Assembly (NCBI RefSeq): GCF_038025025.1
Contig: NW_027117338.1
Location: 2,170,001-2,234,000, forward strand
Source: Phyllosticta citribraziliensis
Lineage: Eukaryota
Direction of reading: 5' to 3'
Length of the DNA: 64,000 bases
The notes under the pieces are model-generated. The model made no database searches, was not told where the DNA came from, and was given only the letters and a program-made list of their open reading frames with translations. Shown here in pieces: positions 13,421 through 26,277 of this stretch. The position numbers were made by a program, and so were the translations under genes. Each line of letters begins with the position of its first letter. Position 1 is the stretch's first letter.

Positions 13421-14610
13421 ATGGAGCCACAGGCCCTCGCGACCGAGCCTCCGCGCCATCAGGCCTGGCGCTCCATCGTCGCCTCGGCTCTCAAAGTGGG
13501 ACTCTTCACTGGTGAGTTCTCAACAATTTGTTGCTCTCCTCACGTGTATACGAGCACCTCCACCATGTTCTCATTTCAGCCGCCTCAACCTTGTCAGCTT
13601 CGGTGCATGTATGCGCGATGATTTCATGTGTCGCGTCTGATTTGCAGAAAGAGCTTGAAACTTGCATGCGTGCATCTGGTTCCATGACCTTGGGCCAAAC
13701 GCTTTGCTCGGATCGCTTACTCGGTTTTTATATCGACCTCCCACTCTTCCTTTGGGAAAGGCTGCCTTTGTGTCAAAACGCACAAAAACACTTTGACAGA
13801 GGCTTCAATATATGCACATGGGATGAATTGGCTATTCGCTGGCTGCATGTCTGCTAGTGGCGCAAGCTTGCAGGCATGTCCATGAATCTCAACGGTCTTC
13901 TAACTGTTGGCAGGTGGTGCTGGCATATTTGTCGGAGGCATCCAAGGAATCCTCTATTCCGATGCACCAACGTTGTTCGCGGCTTTTTCCACGTTGCAAT
14001 GGTTGACGGCAGGAACCACTTACTGGGGTGGGTTTACCCACCACGTGTGTAGCTACGACCGTCTAACCGAGAGCAGCGGCACGGAACGTCTATCTCAACC
14101 GACATGGGCTCTTAGCCAAGCCTCAAAAAGAACTCTTTGGTCTTGACGTGGACGGAGTCGACACATTCTCAGCGAGTGAGCGGAAGACGGCCAGCGCAAT
14201 CGGCGGTGCCGTTTCTGGAGCGGTGACCGCTGCTGCAACACGTCAGTCCTATATCCCCTGTTGTGCTTGGTCTTCTGTCCTTACTGGTCTCAGGCGGCAA
14301 ACGCAACATCCTACCTGGAATGATCGTATTCTCCTTGCTTGGATACACCGGACAGGCCTTCGTCAACCGACGGGAAGCCCAGTATGACGCCGACGAAGTT
14401 GCGGACAGCGACTCGAACCAAAAGACGTTTTGGCAACGACTGGCATCCTCCAAATTCAGTCCCGTCAAGATCATGACTGATGCAGAATACGAAGAACTGC
14501 TCAAAGAAAAACTCCTTCGCGTTGAAACAGAGATCGCCTTGATCGATGACCACATTGCTCGTCTCAAGCAAATGCAGAGCCCGAACGTAAATCAAAAGAA
14601 GGAAAATTAA
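13421..14610 (+). CDS. Conserved fungal membrane protein, Tim17/Tim22-like Gly-rich helices with C-terminal coiled coil (4 exons)
   Basis: Exons join in frame across introns at about 13512-13913, 14028-14077 and 14242-14292. Gly/Ala-rich TM segments (GGAGIFVGGIQG; AIGGAVSGAVTAA; PGMIVFSLLGYTGQ) and C-terminal EYEELLKEKLLRVETEIALIDDHIARLK. Confidence 0.75.
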
Positions 14611-15734
14611 TGTGCCGGACACAAGGGTTTTCGGACAAGCCCACTCTTGGATGCAGCACGGTCGTCAAAGGAGCGTCGAGCTTCAGCTGGTCAATCCATC
14701 TCCGAAGCTTCAATGCCCACTCTTGTGCCGTCACTCCGCGAAGGCGGCTCCTAGTCGACAGGCGGTGATGCAGCTGACTGGCGAAGCCATGACCAACACG
14801 CAGGAAGAAAGCAAGTTCAGCCCAATGGCCCGGCGCGGCGGATAATGGGAAGGACCACTTCATCCTCCGTGGTAACGAGGATATTTGCGGACAGGCTGTC
14901 TAGATGAGCAGCGACCAGCAAGTGACTTCTATGAACAGCAAGTCTGAGCCACACTGGTCCGTCACGTCGGCCACGGCCAGCATTGTGATGTGCCCCAGAC
15001 GTCGGTGCTATGTTTGGTTGTTTGGGGATCCGACAGCTGGATTGATCAGCTTCGCCCGTGGCTGCGAAAGCACAGCTTCTTGACGGGACGGGACAGGCGA
15101 CCTGCGGCTGAAGAGCAGTCGGTGGCTGTTCCCTTGATAGAATCGGTTCGGCTAGCTGGAGATCATCCGCTCTTGTTTCATCGACGCAACCTGGCAATAT
15201 GACGCCTTCTTCAGCTCGAACCTTACAAGCACCGACACGGGATCCCGACACAAAATGTAGCGCCTCAACGCTCGGTGCGAAACAGTGGTCCGATGGACTC
15301 GGGACAATCGCCTCTTCTCAGCTATCCTTAGAAACAAGACAGGGGAACACTGTCAACGTTCGCATTCAGCCTCTCGGCCAGCCTTGCCAAGCGCGATTAA
15401 ATGAATTTGCCCATGGCATAAATGGGTGGTTGGAACGCTGGGAAAGTCCTCGTAGGGTACTGGACGCCTTTCACAGCCTTCCAAGACGGACCAAGAAGCT
15501 TCAATGATAAGCGTCTGACACCAAACGGGTGGCGATGTGCTTGCCGCTCCTGTGCAACGTCACCATGGCGCATGTGCAAGAGCACTTGAATCCTAGAGGA
15601 GTGCGCGGGCCATACCTTAATGTAAGGGACACGTTTGAGTGGTCAGCAAGATCAGCGAGCGGAGATACAGAGGCACGACTGAGCCAGTCGAGAGCGTGCG
15701 TGAAGAGGGGAGGGCGAAAAGATGGGGTGGCGGA

Positions 15735-15762
15735 GGTGGTGGTGGTGGTGGTGGTGGTGGTG
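15735..15762 (+). repeat. (GGT)n microsatellite
   Basis: About 9 tandem GGT units, intergenic. Confidence 0.9.
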
Positions 15763-16140
15763 ATGCAGCACGGGCCAGGCCAGCACAGCACACAGCGGGA
15801 GATTCACATCGGACCGGAGCGCGGAGGTCGGTGCAGAGCGAGTGGCTGAGGTGGGAACCAGCGGCATCCTTGGAGCTTGGCTTCCTCTCCCCGCGTCCGC
15901 CCGCTCCGCCGGCGTCAGCCCTGCTGGCTCGCCAAAGTACCATAATCCATCCCAAGTCCCGGCACGCACGGCTTCCTGCTTCCTGCTTCCTGTCACTTAG
16001 CTTGCCGTTGAACCTCAACCTCATTCCAGCATTGCGCCTGTTCGTCCCGCTCGTCGTCACTCTCTGGTTTGCCTGTCCTGTCGCCGAGGCCACATCACAT
16101 CCGCCTGTCAGTTCATCGAGTCATTCCATCACCGCCCCCT

Positions 16141-18581
16141 ATGTCTTTTCCAGTCGGTGAGCGCCTTCCTGGACATCGGTTCCCTTCTGAACGCTTTTGG
16201 CTGCAGTCCCGACGCAACAAGTAGCTTGTTTGCCATCCTTTGCAGCATGTCGGTCAGATTCCAACAGCCATGTCCCTGGTCATTTTCACCTGTCCTACCG
16301 ATTCGGGGGGCTGAACTGGACCGTCTTGGGCCTAATTCTTCTTTTCTCGGTAATAAGATCGAGATATATCTGCAAAGCTGCCAAAACCAGGAACAGCCTT
16401 TCCCGCTAGCCCGGCTCTCCTCGAGGGTCCGAGCGTCCCTTTGTAAACAGCTCCCATGCTAGACTGCTTTACCAAGTGTCGAGCGACGTCCTACGAGACC
16501 CTAGCTTGGGTCCGTCCAAGATGACTGCATGACTTCGATGTGGATCCCTGTGTGTGGCATCATCGTCTCTGTGAAGTTCCAGCCCCGTTGGGTTCAGCGT
16601 CGTCACCCCCTGTAGGAAGCTTGGACGTGTCGACTCAAATGGGCAATGTTTTCTGACCCATCTGACCTCTTGTCCTCTTTTTCCCTCAGAGTCCCAATTA
16701 CTTCCCCCATCAGACCTTCTCCTACATGCTTCACGTCCTCCCTCCCGAGGTGCTCCAATGAACCACCACCACCCCAAAATGGATCGTGGACACTTTTCCA
16801 TAAACCCTACTTCCCCGACAGACAGCATTGCTGATACTCTTGGATTCAACCGGTCAAGCAGAGTCCTTTCTCTGGGGTCAAAGCACAGCTCCCTTCAATC
16901 AAAGGTGGAGCCATCAGCATCCAAACATGATTCTTTTGGTCCGAGATACGAGTTCATCAATCCATCAGCGTCCGGTAGTACAAACGAGCTCATAGCGAAC
17001 CCACCTCCGGTACCTCAGATACCCTCTCGCTTCGTCCCGATACCAGCCCATGATGAGAGATACCACTACGACGATGAGGCACCTACGCCAGAGCCAGACG
17101 AGAAATTGCACAAGGCCAGGGCAGGAGCGGGAACGCCCCAACATCCACAGATCCAAATGTCTCTGGTACGCGAGTGCTTTTTCGTAGCTACGGTTGCAGC
17201 GGCACATCTCATGATTCAAGCAGCCTTGGGCCTTGCCTTGGCTCCAATCGATGTCATCGGCCAGGATATGCGAACCAGTAATCCAGGGGAGCTCTCGTGG
17301 TTCATCGCCGCCTACTCTTTGACAGTCGGAACCTTCATTCTCATATTCGGACGAGCCGGGGATATATTTGGCCACAAGCAAGTTTACGCGCTCGGGTACG
17401 TGTGGCTTTCGACCTGGAGTGCTTTGGCTGGGTTCGCTGGGTACACGCACAATCAAATCTTCTTCGACATAACCAGGGCAATGCAGGGCGTCGGTTGCGC
17501 CGCTCTGTACCCCACCGGCATCGCCCTCTTTGGGAGGACCTACCCGCCAGGTATGCGCAAGAACATTGTCTTCAGCATTTTTGGCGCCATGGCCCCAATC
17601 GGATTTGTCATTGGCGCCACCTTTGGCAGCATATTTGGTCAACTACTGTGGTGGCCGTGGGCCTTTTGGGGTTATTCCATCGCTGCACTGGGCCTTGCTT
17701 GCTCGGTCGTGATTGTGGTGCCAAAGGCCCTCGGTGAGGTCCCACCTAATCGTGGTTTCGACACGATGGGGGCGCTCACGAGCGTCATTGGCATGATTCT
17801 CATCAACGTCGCCTTCAACAACGGACCTCTGTTCGGATGGAGTACCCCAAACGTCTACTTCATTCTCATCATCGGAGTGCTGTTTCTCCTCTTCTTTGGA
17901 TGGGTTGAGGCGCGGGCCGAAAATCCTCTGATCCCTAAATCTGCCATCAATTCCACTACCATCTTCATCTTGTCGCTCCTCACACTCGGATGGGGCAGTT
18001 TCGGCATTTGGGTTTACTATACCTGGCGATTCTTGACGCTTTTGCGACATCAGACTCCGTTGTCGATCTCCGCAGAGTTTGCCCCAGTCGTTGTCGCGAC
18101 ACTCTTCGCTTCTGGACTTACGGGATTCCTGCTATCTCACACTCCGGTCAGCTTCGTCATGGTGCTCTCGTGCCTCGGATTTTTCCTGGGAAATCTACTC
18201 GTGGCGCTCATGCCAGTCAACCAAACCTACTGGACTCAAACCTTCCTCAGCATCGTCATCATGCCGTTCGGCATGGACATGTCCTTCCCGGCGGCGTCTG
18301 TCATTCTATCGAACCACATGCCGATGGAGCACCAAGGCTTGGCGGCAGCATTAGTGACGACTGTAATGAACTACTCGATCAGCATCACTCTTGGCTTTGC
18401 AGCGCTGGCCGAGGTCAACGGAGACAGAGGGCCCGACGGCCAACTTGATTTGTTCCAGGGCTTCCGAGATGCCTACTACGTCGGTGTGGGCTGTGCCGGG
18501 CTGGCAGTCTTCCTCTCCATAATATTTTTCATCAAGAGTATGATCAAAGACGGATGGAAGGTCACGGATCCGGGCCATTAG
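16141..18581 (+). CDS. MFS drug:H+ antiporter (DHA2 / Atr1-like, about 14 TM)
   Basis: ORF 16758-18581 has SWFIAAYSLTVGTFILIFGRAGDIFGHK, RAMQGVG, FGAMAPIGFVIG and GMDMSFPAA, with many TM helices. A possible extra first exon at 16141-16156 joins in frame through intron 16157-16689; ATG 16758 is the alternative start. Confidence 0.92.
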
Positions 18582-19535
18582 TCCTCAAGACTCAAGCGTA
18601 CCTCACACGAGAAGGCCAGCCTTACTGACGGTCGATTGTACGAATAAACAGGACAACACGACACCTGTACACGGCTTGGGCGGGGCATGAGTGGAACTAT
18701 CCAAAAGGCGAGGCGCTGGGAGTTTTGCATATGCCACTTTTCTTCTTCTTCCCTCTCTAGCGTGTACAGAGCTGCATGTGGTCCACAAATCAGCGATATT
18801 TGTTCTTCAAAGAGCAATGAAGGCGAGGATCGAGGCGGGATGACCCACTGGTAATACAGATTGTCCGCCGCTATTTTCTCGCACAGGTCGGCGTTTTCTC
18901 TATACCTATCCCATTAGTCTTCTTAATGCTACTTGATAATGACAGCAAAGCTCGTCGCAATCTCTGCTACAACTGTGACCTCCCGTGGCGTCTTTGTTTT
19001 CAAGATTTTCGAGACAAGACAGCGCTCCGGCTTTGGAGCGATGATGAGCTGTTTCACATGGTTGGGCCAAGACTTTTTGATTGGTGTTTCCCCTGACCGC
19101 CGACCTTTCTTTAGAAATTACCATTTGCAGACTAGCGGCTCCTTACGGCGTTCACAACTACTAGCGCCTCTTTTACACCACAGTAGACAGCTCTAGTCTA
19201 ATTCCTCGTTCTCACATTTACGATTGTTGATTTCTCATTGCTCTGCAGCAGTGATGATAGCACCAATGTCTCTCTTTTTAATCGCAAATCGATTCTGACA
19301 AATATGTCCTTCTGCTCTGCGGTGATTGCATTGCTGTGTTGGACAGCTATTTGCAGCCACCATGAGCCACCCTCATCCACCCTCATCCTGCGCAACCACA
19401 AAATATAATGTCGTTTCGCCATGCAACATGGGACCAAACTCCCCGAAGCTAAGGACTCTTTATTTTACGGGGACGCAGGTACCTTCCTCTCAAGGGCCTC
19501 TCCTCATCTCCCCACGCACAAACAAACCCTTCGAA

Positions 19536-20577
19536 ATGTCCCAAACGACAGCGACCAGCGAATTCAACAGCAACCGCTGGTACCAGATACTTCTCAGCAA
19601 TGAAACCCTCGCTTTTACCGGAACACCCCGGTGGGATGGGTATAGCTACGGGTCGATGATGACCAACGTCCAAAACCGTACCGAATTCGAGCAGCAATGG
19701 CAAGTCTACCCATTCAACAGCACGTTCTTCGTCCTGCGGACACGGGCATCCGGCCCCGATAACTACCTGCGCGTCATGTTGTCCGTCGACGGCGAAGGAC
19801 TGCCAATCCCGAAGCCGCGCATGGTCAACCCGATGCTGCCGGACGTATCCTGGCTGTGGGCCATGGGAAAATGGGCCGACGGCTCATTCTACCTCTGGAA
19901 CGCCGAGAATGGAACCAACTGGCACTTGAATACGACCGTTCTGCCATCAGGGCACACGGAGATGGTTTCGCTCAATCCGCAGCCGAAGCAGGGGCAGGCC
20001 TTTACTTTTAAGGAGTTGGGCGAAATCAACAATCAGACGTTTTCCACCATCAATGTAAGAGACGAAGATCTAGTTCTCAGCGGCGAGAGCGGCGAGAGCG
20101 AGGGGTGGAGGAGGCTAACACGCACTGTGTACTTAGATTCCTCCGTCGCTGGCCAGAGCAACGTCGTCAACGGCACCTGGCGCGTCTTCCCCGTCCCCTA
20201 CACCCACAAGCCCGGCCGGTAAAGACTCATCCGGTGCATCAAATCGAGAAGTGACATCTTCCGATTCCGGTAGCGGCCTCTCCACCGGCGTCAAAGCCGC
20301 AATCGGAGTCTGCGCCACGGTGTCTGTCGTCGTCATCTTCGCGCTTATGCTCTTCTGGGTTCGGAGATGCAGGCGGAGACGGCAGAATAGAGCGGCGCTC
20401 GAAGTCTTGAAAGTGCATCCGCAAGACCTTGTGCATGAGCGCGCGGGACCGATGGAGCTGGCTGCGGATACGAGGCCTTCAGAGGTGGATGGAGTTGCAA
20501 AGTATGAGATGGATGGGGTCGTAAACTATGAGATGGGTGGGGTTGAGAAGTACGAGATGGGAGACGGCATGCGGTAA
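19536..20577 (+). CDS. Single-pass membrane protein: Trp-rich putative beta-trefoil/ricin-B-like domain, Ser/Thr/Pro stalk, TM helix, repeat tail
   Basis: ATG 19536; an intron at about 20055-20136 (GTAAGA...CTAAC...TTAG) joins to ORF 20251-20577. Features: QQWQV, WLWAMG and QAFTF repeats; several NxT sequons; TM GVKAAIGVCATVSVVVIFALMLFWV followed by RRCRRRR. Confidence 0.7.
20482..20565 (+). repeat. 24-bp coding tandem repeat, about 3.5 units (E-M/V-D/G-G-V-x-x-Y)
   Basis: EVDGVAKY EMDGVVNY EMGGVEKY EMGD. Confidence 0.85.
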
Positions 20578-22779
20578 AGGCCTAATCATGGGTGTAATGG
20601 CGGGGAGGTTTGTTGGTGTCTGATTTTGGGGATTTGCGGTGGGCGATAGCGTTTTCTCAGCGTTTTCTTTGTTAGTCTTGATACCCATAGAATTTGAGCA
20701 CGTGGGTGACAGCTCCCCCTATCCTGAAGATTGAAAGATTACAGCATGGTGGCGTTGGTGGTGCTGAATCAATTCGTCGGGGTCGCCGACTTGGCTGCTG
20801 TTTAACTTTCGAGCACTTGTCATCCCAGAGATTCCATCATCGACCGTCCCCTGCGATACCAACAGACCGAGGATAATTCCTTCAGCCGTGGGCGTGTTTT
20901 AACCTCGGGAGTCGTGGCGAGAAGACCGGTGAGAGACCAAGGGGCTGGGTGGCTGTGTGAAGCATGACCCCCGTTAAAGTTCATCCGTAGGAGTGGTCTG
21001 AAGGGGTCAGGGTGTATGTAGGTAGCCATGCCCTGCCGCCGTAGCCGTCTGGACGAGCAGTGGCAGATGTGGTGTTGTTCGCAAGGTGTTTGTCTGGACC
21101 CTAGGAGTGGACACAGTCCACTAGGTAGTGGAGACCATCGGCACTACGTCAGTGGTCCCTGCGTCCGTGCGATCGCTGGCGCGCTAGGGCCGTTGGGCAA
21201 CGGAAGCGAGAACCTCCAGGGGCAACCAAACGTCGTCCTCTCTCCACACCACAGCTCTCGCGACATTGGCAAGGTGGCCTCGACGATTCTCCAAACACTT
21301 GTGGTTTGGCCACGGCGACCTTATCGACTCACATGCAAGCGTTACTCTTATCGATTTCTTGTTTCAGCGCCCCTTCGACGTCACTGTCCTGCCCCACAAC
21401 AAGCTGACTTTTGCTCGCTGTCTCGTCATCACTCCATGCACGTCGCGGCTTTGAACCTCCTCGGATTTTCGGAATCGATCCGGAAGTGCATCAAAGGATA
21501 GGGTTGAAGCCGTGAGAAGACAAGATTTCGCCAAGCTTCGGTGATCCGACGACAACCCAACACCATTCCCTGGATCAAGAAGGCAGGAATATTTATCTTC
21601 AATCGCAACGGCCTGCTAAAGCGGCTTAATGGACTTCATTATCATGACCAGTGGCGTGTGGTTGACCCTTGTCCTTGGTCGTTCGGTGCAATCCGAACTT
21701 CCCGCAACACTTTCAATCTGGCTTAACCCTTCATGGCATTCTTGTCGCGAATTTGTGGCCGGTTGACAGCCCATGAAATGTCAACATGCTCTCCGCTTTC
21801 CGGATAAGTGGTAGCTTTCTTCGAAACCCTATTGAAAGCCACATAGCATCTTACAACCCCAATTATACGTCAGTTCCGGTGGCTCAGCGTCGAGTCAGGC
21901 GTTTTCTAAGACGACCACAGCTGAGCATCATACACGCAATCGGATGTCAACATCCGTGTCGAGCGAAACTTCTCCGATTTCCGAGGTGTTCGTCTCATCC
22001 TGCTGGCCATATCGACGTTGGACTGCGGAGCACACCGCAATCTGTCGTTCATCTGCCCCGAAACGCCATCATGGCACGCAGAGAGCAATGTGGGTACAGC
22101 CGTGTCGGGCAACCTGCGCGTTTATTTACGTCTCCCTTCGGTCGGGTACGGGCCGATCCTGCACGGCTGATCAACATGAGATGAGCCTAAGTCGCAACGG
22201 GAATATGATCTTGTGCGTGTGTTGTGGTTTCCAGTCTCTCAGCCAGGTCACAGCAAGCAGGTATTGTCCGCGCAACTTTGCCCTGTTCCGGGTAAAAATA
22301 GAGTTTGCCCAGGGTGCGCCCTAGAGATAACCTCTAGTTGACAAACCCCGCCTCCTGCCGGTCCCGCATCATTAATCGCGCGACTGGGCATTCGCCAGTG
22401 CTGTGGAGAGGTCTATAAGAAGTCAGAACGCGATGTTGACGACGCAGTGTCCAGCCTCATCACAGACCCACTTCGTCAACCCCGAATTCGATCCGAAACT
22501 CACCCCCTTTTGGAACCCTTCGTAATCAACACCATCTGGAAATAAGTCTACATGCTCTCCTGGTTATGTCCGGACTCGACATAAATTGACTCTGCCCTGC
22601 TGTGTCTCCAAAGTAACCACGACGCCTGAGCTCCAGGAAACATCCATCACTTGCCAATAAGACTTTTGCTGTATTCAGAAAAACGCCATTCTTTCCGAGC
22701 TTCTCAACCCTCTTTGAAAGTTATCCTTGTCAATTGAACTTGCTGTCTTTTTCGTTCCATCATCTACACATATTTCGCC

Positions 22780-25700
22780 ATGGGATCCATCGGAAACGCT
22801 GCGTCAGTCAAGACGGGTGGACTGTCTCCATTCACTGAAAAGACACTCACTCGTCGAGTGGACGACATTGCCAATTCTGACCCAGGTCGGACTTGGGTGA
22901 CTGTCCCCTTGACCAACGACGTTTATGGCGAGTGGAAAGACATCACTTTTGAGGAACTTCGTCAAGCCATTGATGGATTGTCGCGTTGGATAGAGGGAAA
23001 GATTGGTGTTGGAAAAGACAGGGACACTGTTGCTTATCTTGGGTAAGAATGCCTTCAAGCCACTCAAGAAAGCGTACTGATGGCATCCAGCATCAATGAC
23101 ATCCGCTACACGGTCGTGATCTTGGCTATGATGAAGACCAACCGCAAGGTAAGACTTCTTTGTTATACTAGCGGATGGACACTGCAGCTGGGGCTCGGAA
23201 GCTGAATCCTCTTTTGACACCGGCTGGAATACTATCGACAGGAAGCTAACACCTGCTGTAGGCTCTGCTCCCCTCCCTCCGCAACTCGGATGACGGCCAA
23301 GCAAACCTTGTGGCTCGGACGGGAACCAAAGAATACTTCTATTCTGAGGGAGTCGAGAAGCATCTCAATGCATTCACTTCCAACTCGGAATTGCGAGGTT
23401 TCCAAATTCCTTCTTTCGAGGAGATGGTCGCTGAGGGAGCCAAGGGGCTGTACCCAACTCGTGAAGAGGAAAAGACATCACCAGAAAAGGAGTTCGAGCA
23501 GGTCCTGGTCTTGCACACCTCGGGAAGCACTGGACTGCCTAAGCCAATTTTCGTAACGAATGGCTGGCTATCGACTCTTGATCATCAAAAGTACATGCCA
23601 GCTCCACCCGGCCGTCGCATCGCCATTGCTACTCAAATGAGCGACGACAAGACCATGCTGACCTTACTTCCTTTCTTCCACACCATGTACGCAAACTTTT
23701 CGCTGTATAAATGAAGACATAAACTAACAGTCATACCAGGGGAATTATGACCATTGTCCGCTCCATTTACTCTGGTCCCTTGATTTTGCCACCTCCAGGG
23801 AGAATGCCTAACGCCGAACTGGCGACGGATATCTTGCAGCATAAGAAGCCATGGTCGGCCCTTTTCACGCCTTCGATACTGGAAGACATGAGCGAGAGCG
23901 AGAGAAGCCTCAATGCTCTCGCCACTACTGAGTACATCTTTTTCGCTGGTGCGCCCCTGGCAAAGGAAGCAGGCGACAGAATCATCAAGAAGACGAACTT
24001 AGTTTCCATCATCGGTTCAACGGAGGCTTGCTTTACGGGAACCTTGCTCCATCAAGACCCCATCAATGACTGGCAATACTTTGACTGGTCACCTCACTCA
24101 GGCATTGTCATGGAAGACGCTGGTCAAGGCGAGGGTTTGCACGAGTGTGTCATCAAACGCATCTCTCACCCAAGCTATCTTGGTGTCTTCTATTCATTTC
24201 CTGAGATTGAGGAATGGAGAACAAAGGACCTTTTCGAAGCCCACCCCACCAAACCTGGCCTGTGGAAGTACAAGGGGCGTAAGGATGATGTCCTGGTTCT
24301 GAGCAACGGTGAGAAGTTCAATCCAGTCACCTATGAAAAGACGGTCGAGGAGCATCCGGACATTCGCGGCGCGCTTGTTGTGGGACAGGGCCGCTTCCAG
24401 CCTGCCCTTCTCATCGAACCGGATTGGAACAGAGTGGGTGCCCGCGATCTGACTGCTTTCCTGGATAGCGTCTGGCCTGTCATCGAGAAGGCCAACAAGG
24501 ATGCTCCTTCACACGCCCAAGTTTGGAAGAACAAGATTGCCTTTACCAAGAAAGAGAAGCCGTTTTCGCGTGCAGCCAAGGGCTCCATCCAGAGAAGGAT
24601 GACGGTTTCCCTTTACGACAAGGAGATTGACGCCCTGTACCTGAACGAGGGACAGGGCTTCGAGGAAAAACTTGGAAAGTTTGACAAGAATTCGGATCTC
24701 CCTGCGACCATGGAGTTCTTGCGCAACGCATTCAAACTTGTCTTCACTGGTCTTCAAGGCAGCTCTGAGCTGGCAGATAAGCTTGAAGACGACACTGACA
24801 TTTTTGATCTGGGCGTCGACTCCTTACAGGTCATGGCCTTGTCCAGTGCCTTGAGCTCTACCCTCAAATCTGGACACGAAAGGGGCAGTCGCGACGCCGC
24901 CGTGGTCCCTCGGGACATTTACAGAAATCCGACTGTGGAGAAGCTGGCAGCGGCCCTTCTCAAGAAGATCTCTGGTGCGGGCGGTGATGAGATCTCCCGC
25001 GAGCAGAAGATGGCCGAATTGGTCAAGAAGTTTACTGCGAATCTTCCTGAAGCGGCTAGCGTGCCGCGTGCCGCACCTCGTCCCCAGAAGCACACTTACG
25101 TTCTCACTGGAACCACTGGTGCTCTCGGAAATTTCATCCTGCAGGACCTCATTGCTTCTCCCGACGTCGCAAAGGTCTTTTGTCTCAACCGCTCTCAGGA
25201 TGCCGAAGCTCGCCAGGCCAAATCATTCGCTGAACGAGACGTGACCTATGATTTTTCAAAGGTAAGAGATTTTCTCTTTCGTCAGATGTATGGTCTGCTC
25301 ACATCCAACAGGTCACATTTCTCCACACCGACTTCAGCAAGCCCGCCTTTGGTCTCCCCAAAGAAGTGTATGACGAGCTTGCCCGCAAGACGACGGCTTT
25401 CATCCACAACGCATGGGCTGTCGACTTTAACCAGGCTCTCGAATCGTACGAACCGACCCACCTACACGGAGTTCGGGAAGTGATTGACTTCTCCCTGCGT
25501 TCTGCCCACCGCGCCCAAGTCTTCTTCATTTCCTCAATTGCTTCGATCGGCAACTACCCATCGACAGTCCCTGAAAAGGGACCCTTGCCCGAGCGTTACT
25601 TTGAAGACGACCGCGTCCCGCTGCCGCAAGGCTACGGCGAGAGCAAGCACGTCGCGGGGCGCATCCTGGCAGCAGCGGCGCACAAGTCGGGCGTACCCTC

Positions 25701-26277
25701 GAGTATCGTCCGGTGCGGGCAGCTGGGCGGACCGCGCAGCAAAGGCGTGTGGAACCGGCACGAGTGGCTGCCCAGCCTGGTGCACTCGAGCAAGAACATG
25801 GGCATGGTGCCATCGACGCTGAGCTCCTCCGACCACACAGTCGATTGGGTGCCCATGGACGCGGCCGGCCGCACCGTGGTGCAGCTGTCACTCAGGCGAC
25901 TCCAAGACGTTGACGAGCTCGCCGCCCGCAACCAGCTGCTCGACGTCTTCCACGTCTCCAACCCGCACGTCGTCAGCTGGCGCGAGCTCGCGCCCACCGT
26001 CGTCGCCTTTTACAAGCAGCAGCAGGGCAGGGAAATCAAGGCCGTCGCGTTTGAGGAGTGGCTAGCAGCCCTCAAGGCCGTGCCCCTGACCCCCGACGAG
26101 ATTGCCGCCAAGCCGGGCGTCAAGCTCGTCGACTTTTACGAGGGCCTGCAGGTCGAGGGCGGCGCGCTGCCTGAGATGGATACGGCGCATACGCGCGAGA
26201 ACAGTGAATGTCTGCGGGAGCTCAAGGCTGTCGATGGCGCGTTGATGGAGCATTGGCTGCAGTCGTGGGGGTTTTGA
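22780..26277 (+). CDS. NRPS-like A-T-R enzyme (fungal carboxylic-acid-reductase type), 5 exons
   Basis: A domain: LHTSGSTGLPKP, IIGSTE, WRTKDLF, GRKDDVLVLSNGEKFNP, RAAKGSIQR. T domain: FDLGVDSL. R domain: VLTGTTGALG, HNAWAVDFN, GYGESK. Introns at about 23043-23090, 23149-23261, 23687-23739 and 25262-25311. No condensation domain. Confidence 0.93.

Noticed and set aside
5377..26277. Tyrosinase plus NRPS-like enzyme as an Asp-melanin-type pathway
   Set aside because: That pathway uses an A-T-TE enzyme. This one is A-T-R, about 15 kb away, with housekeeping genes in between.
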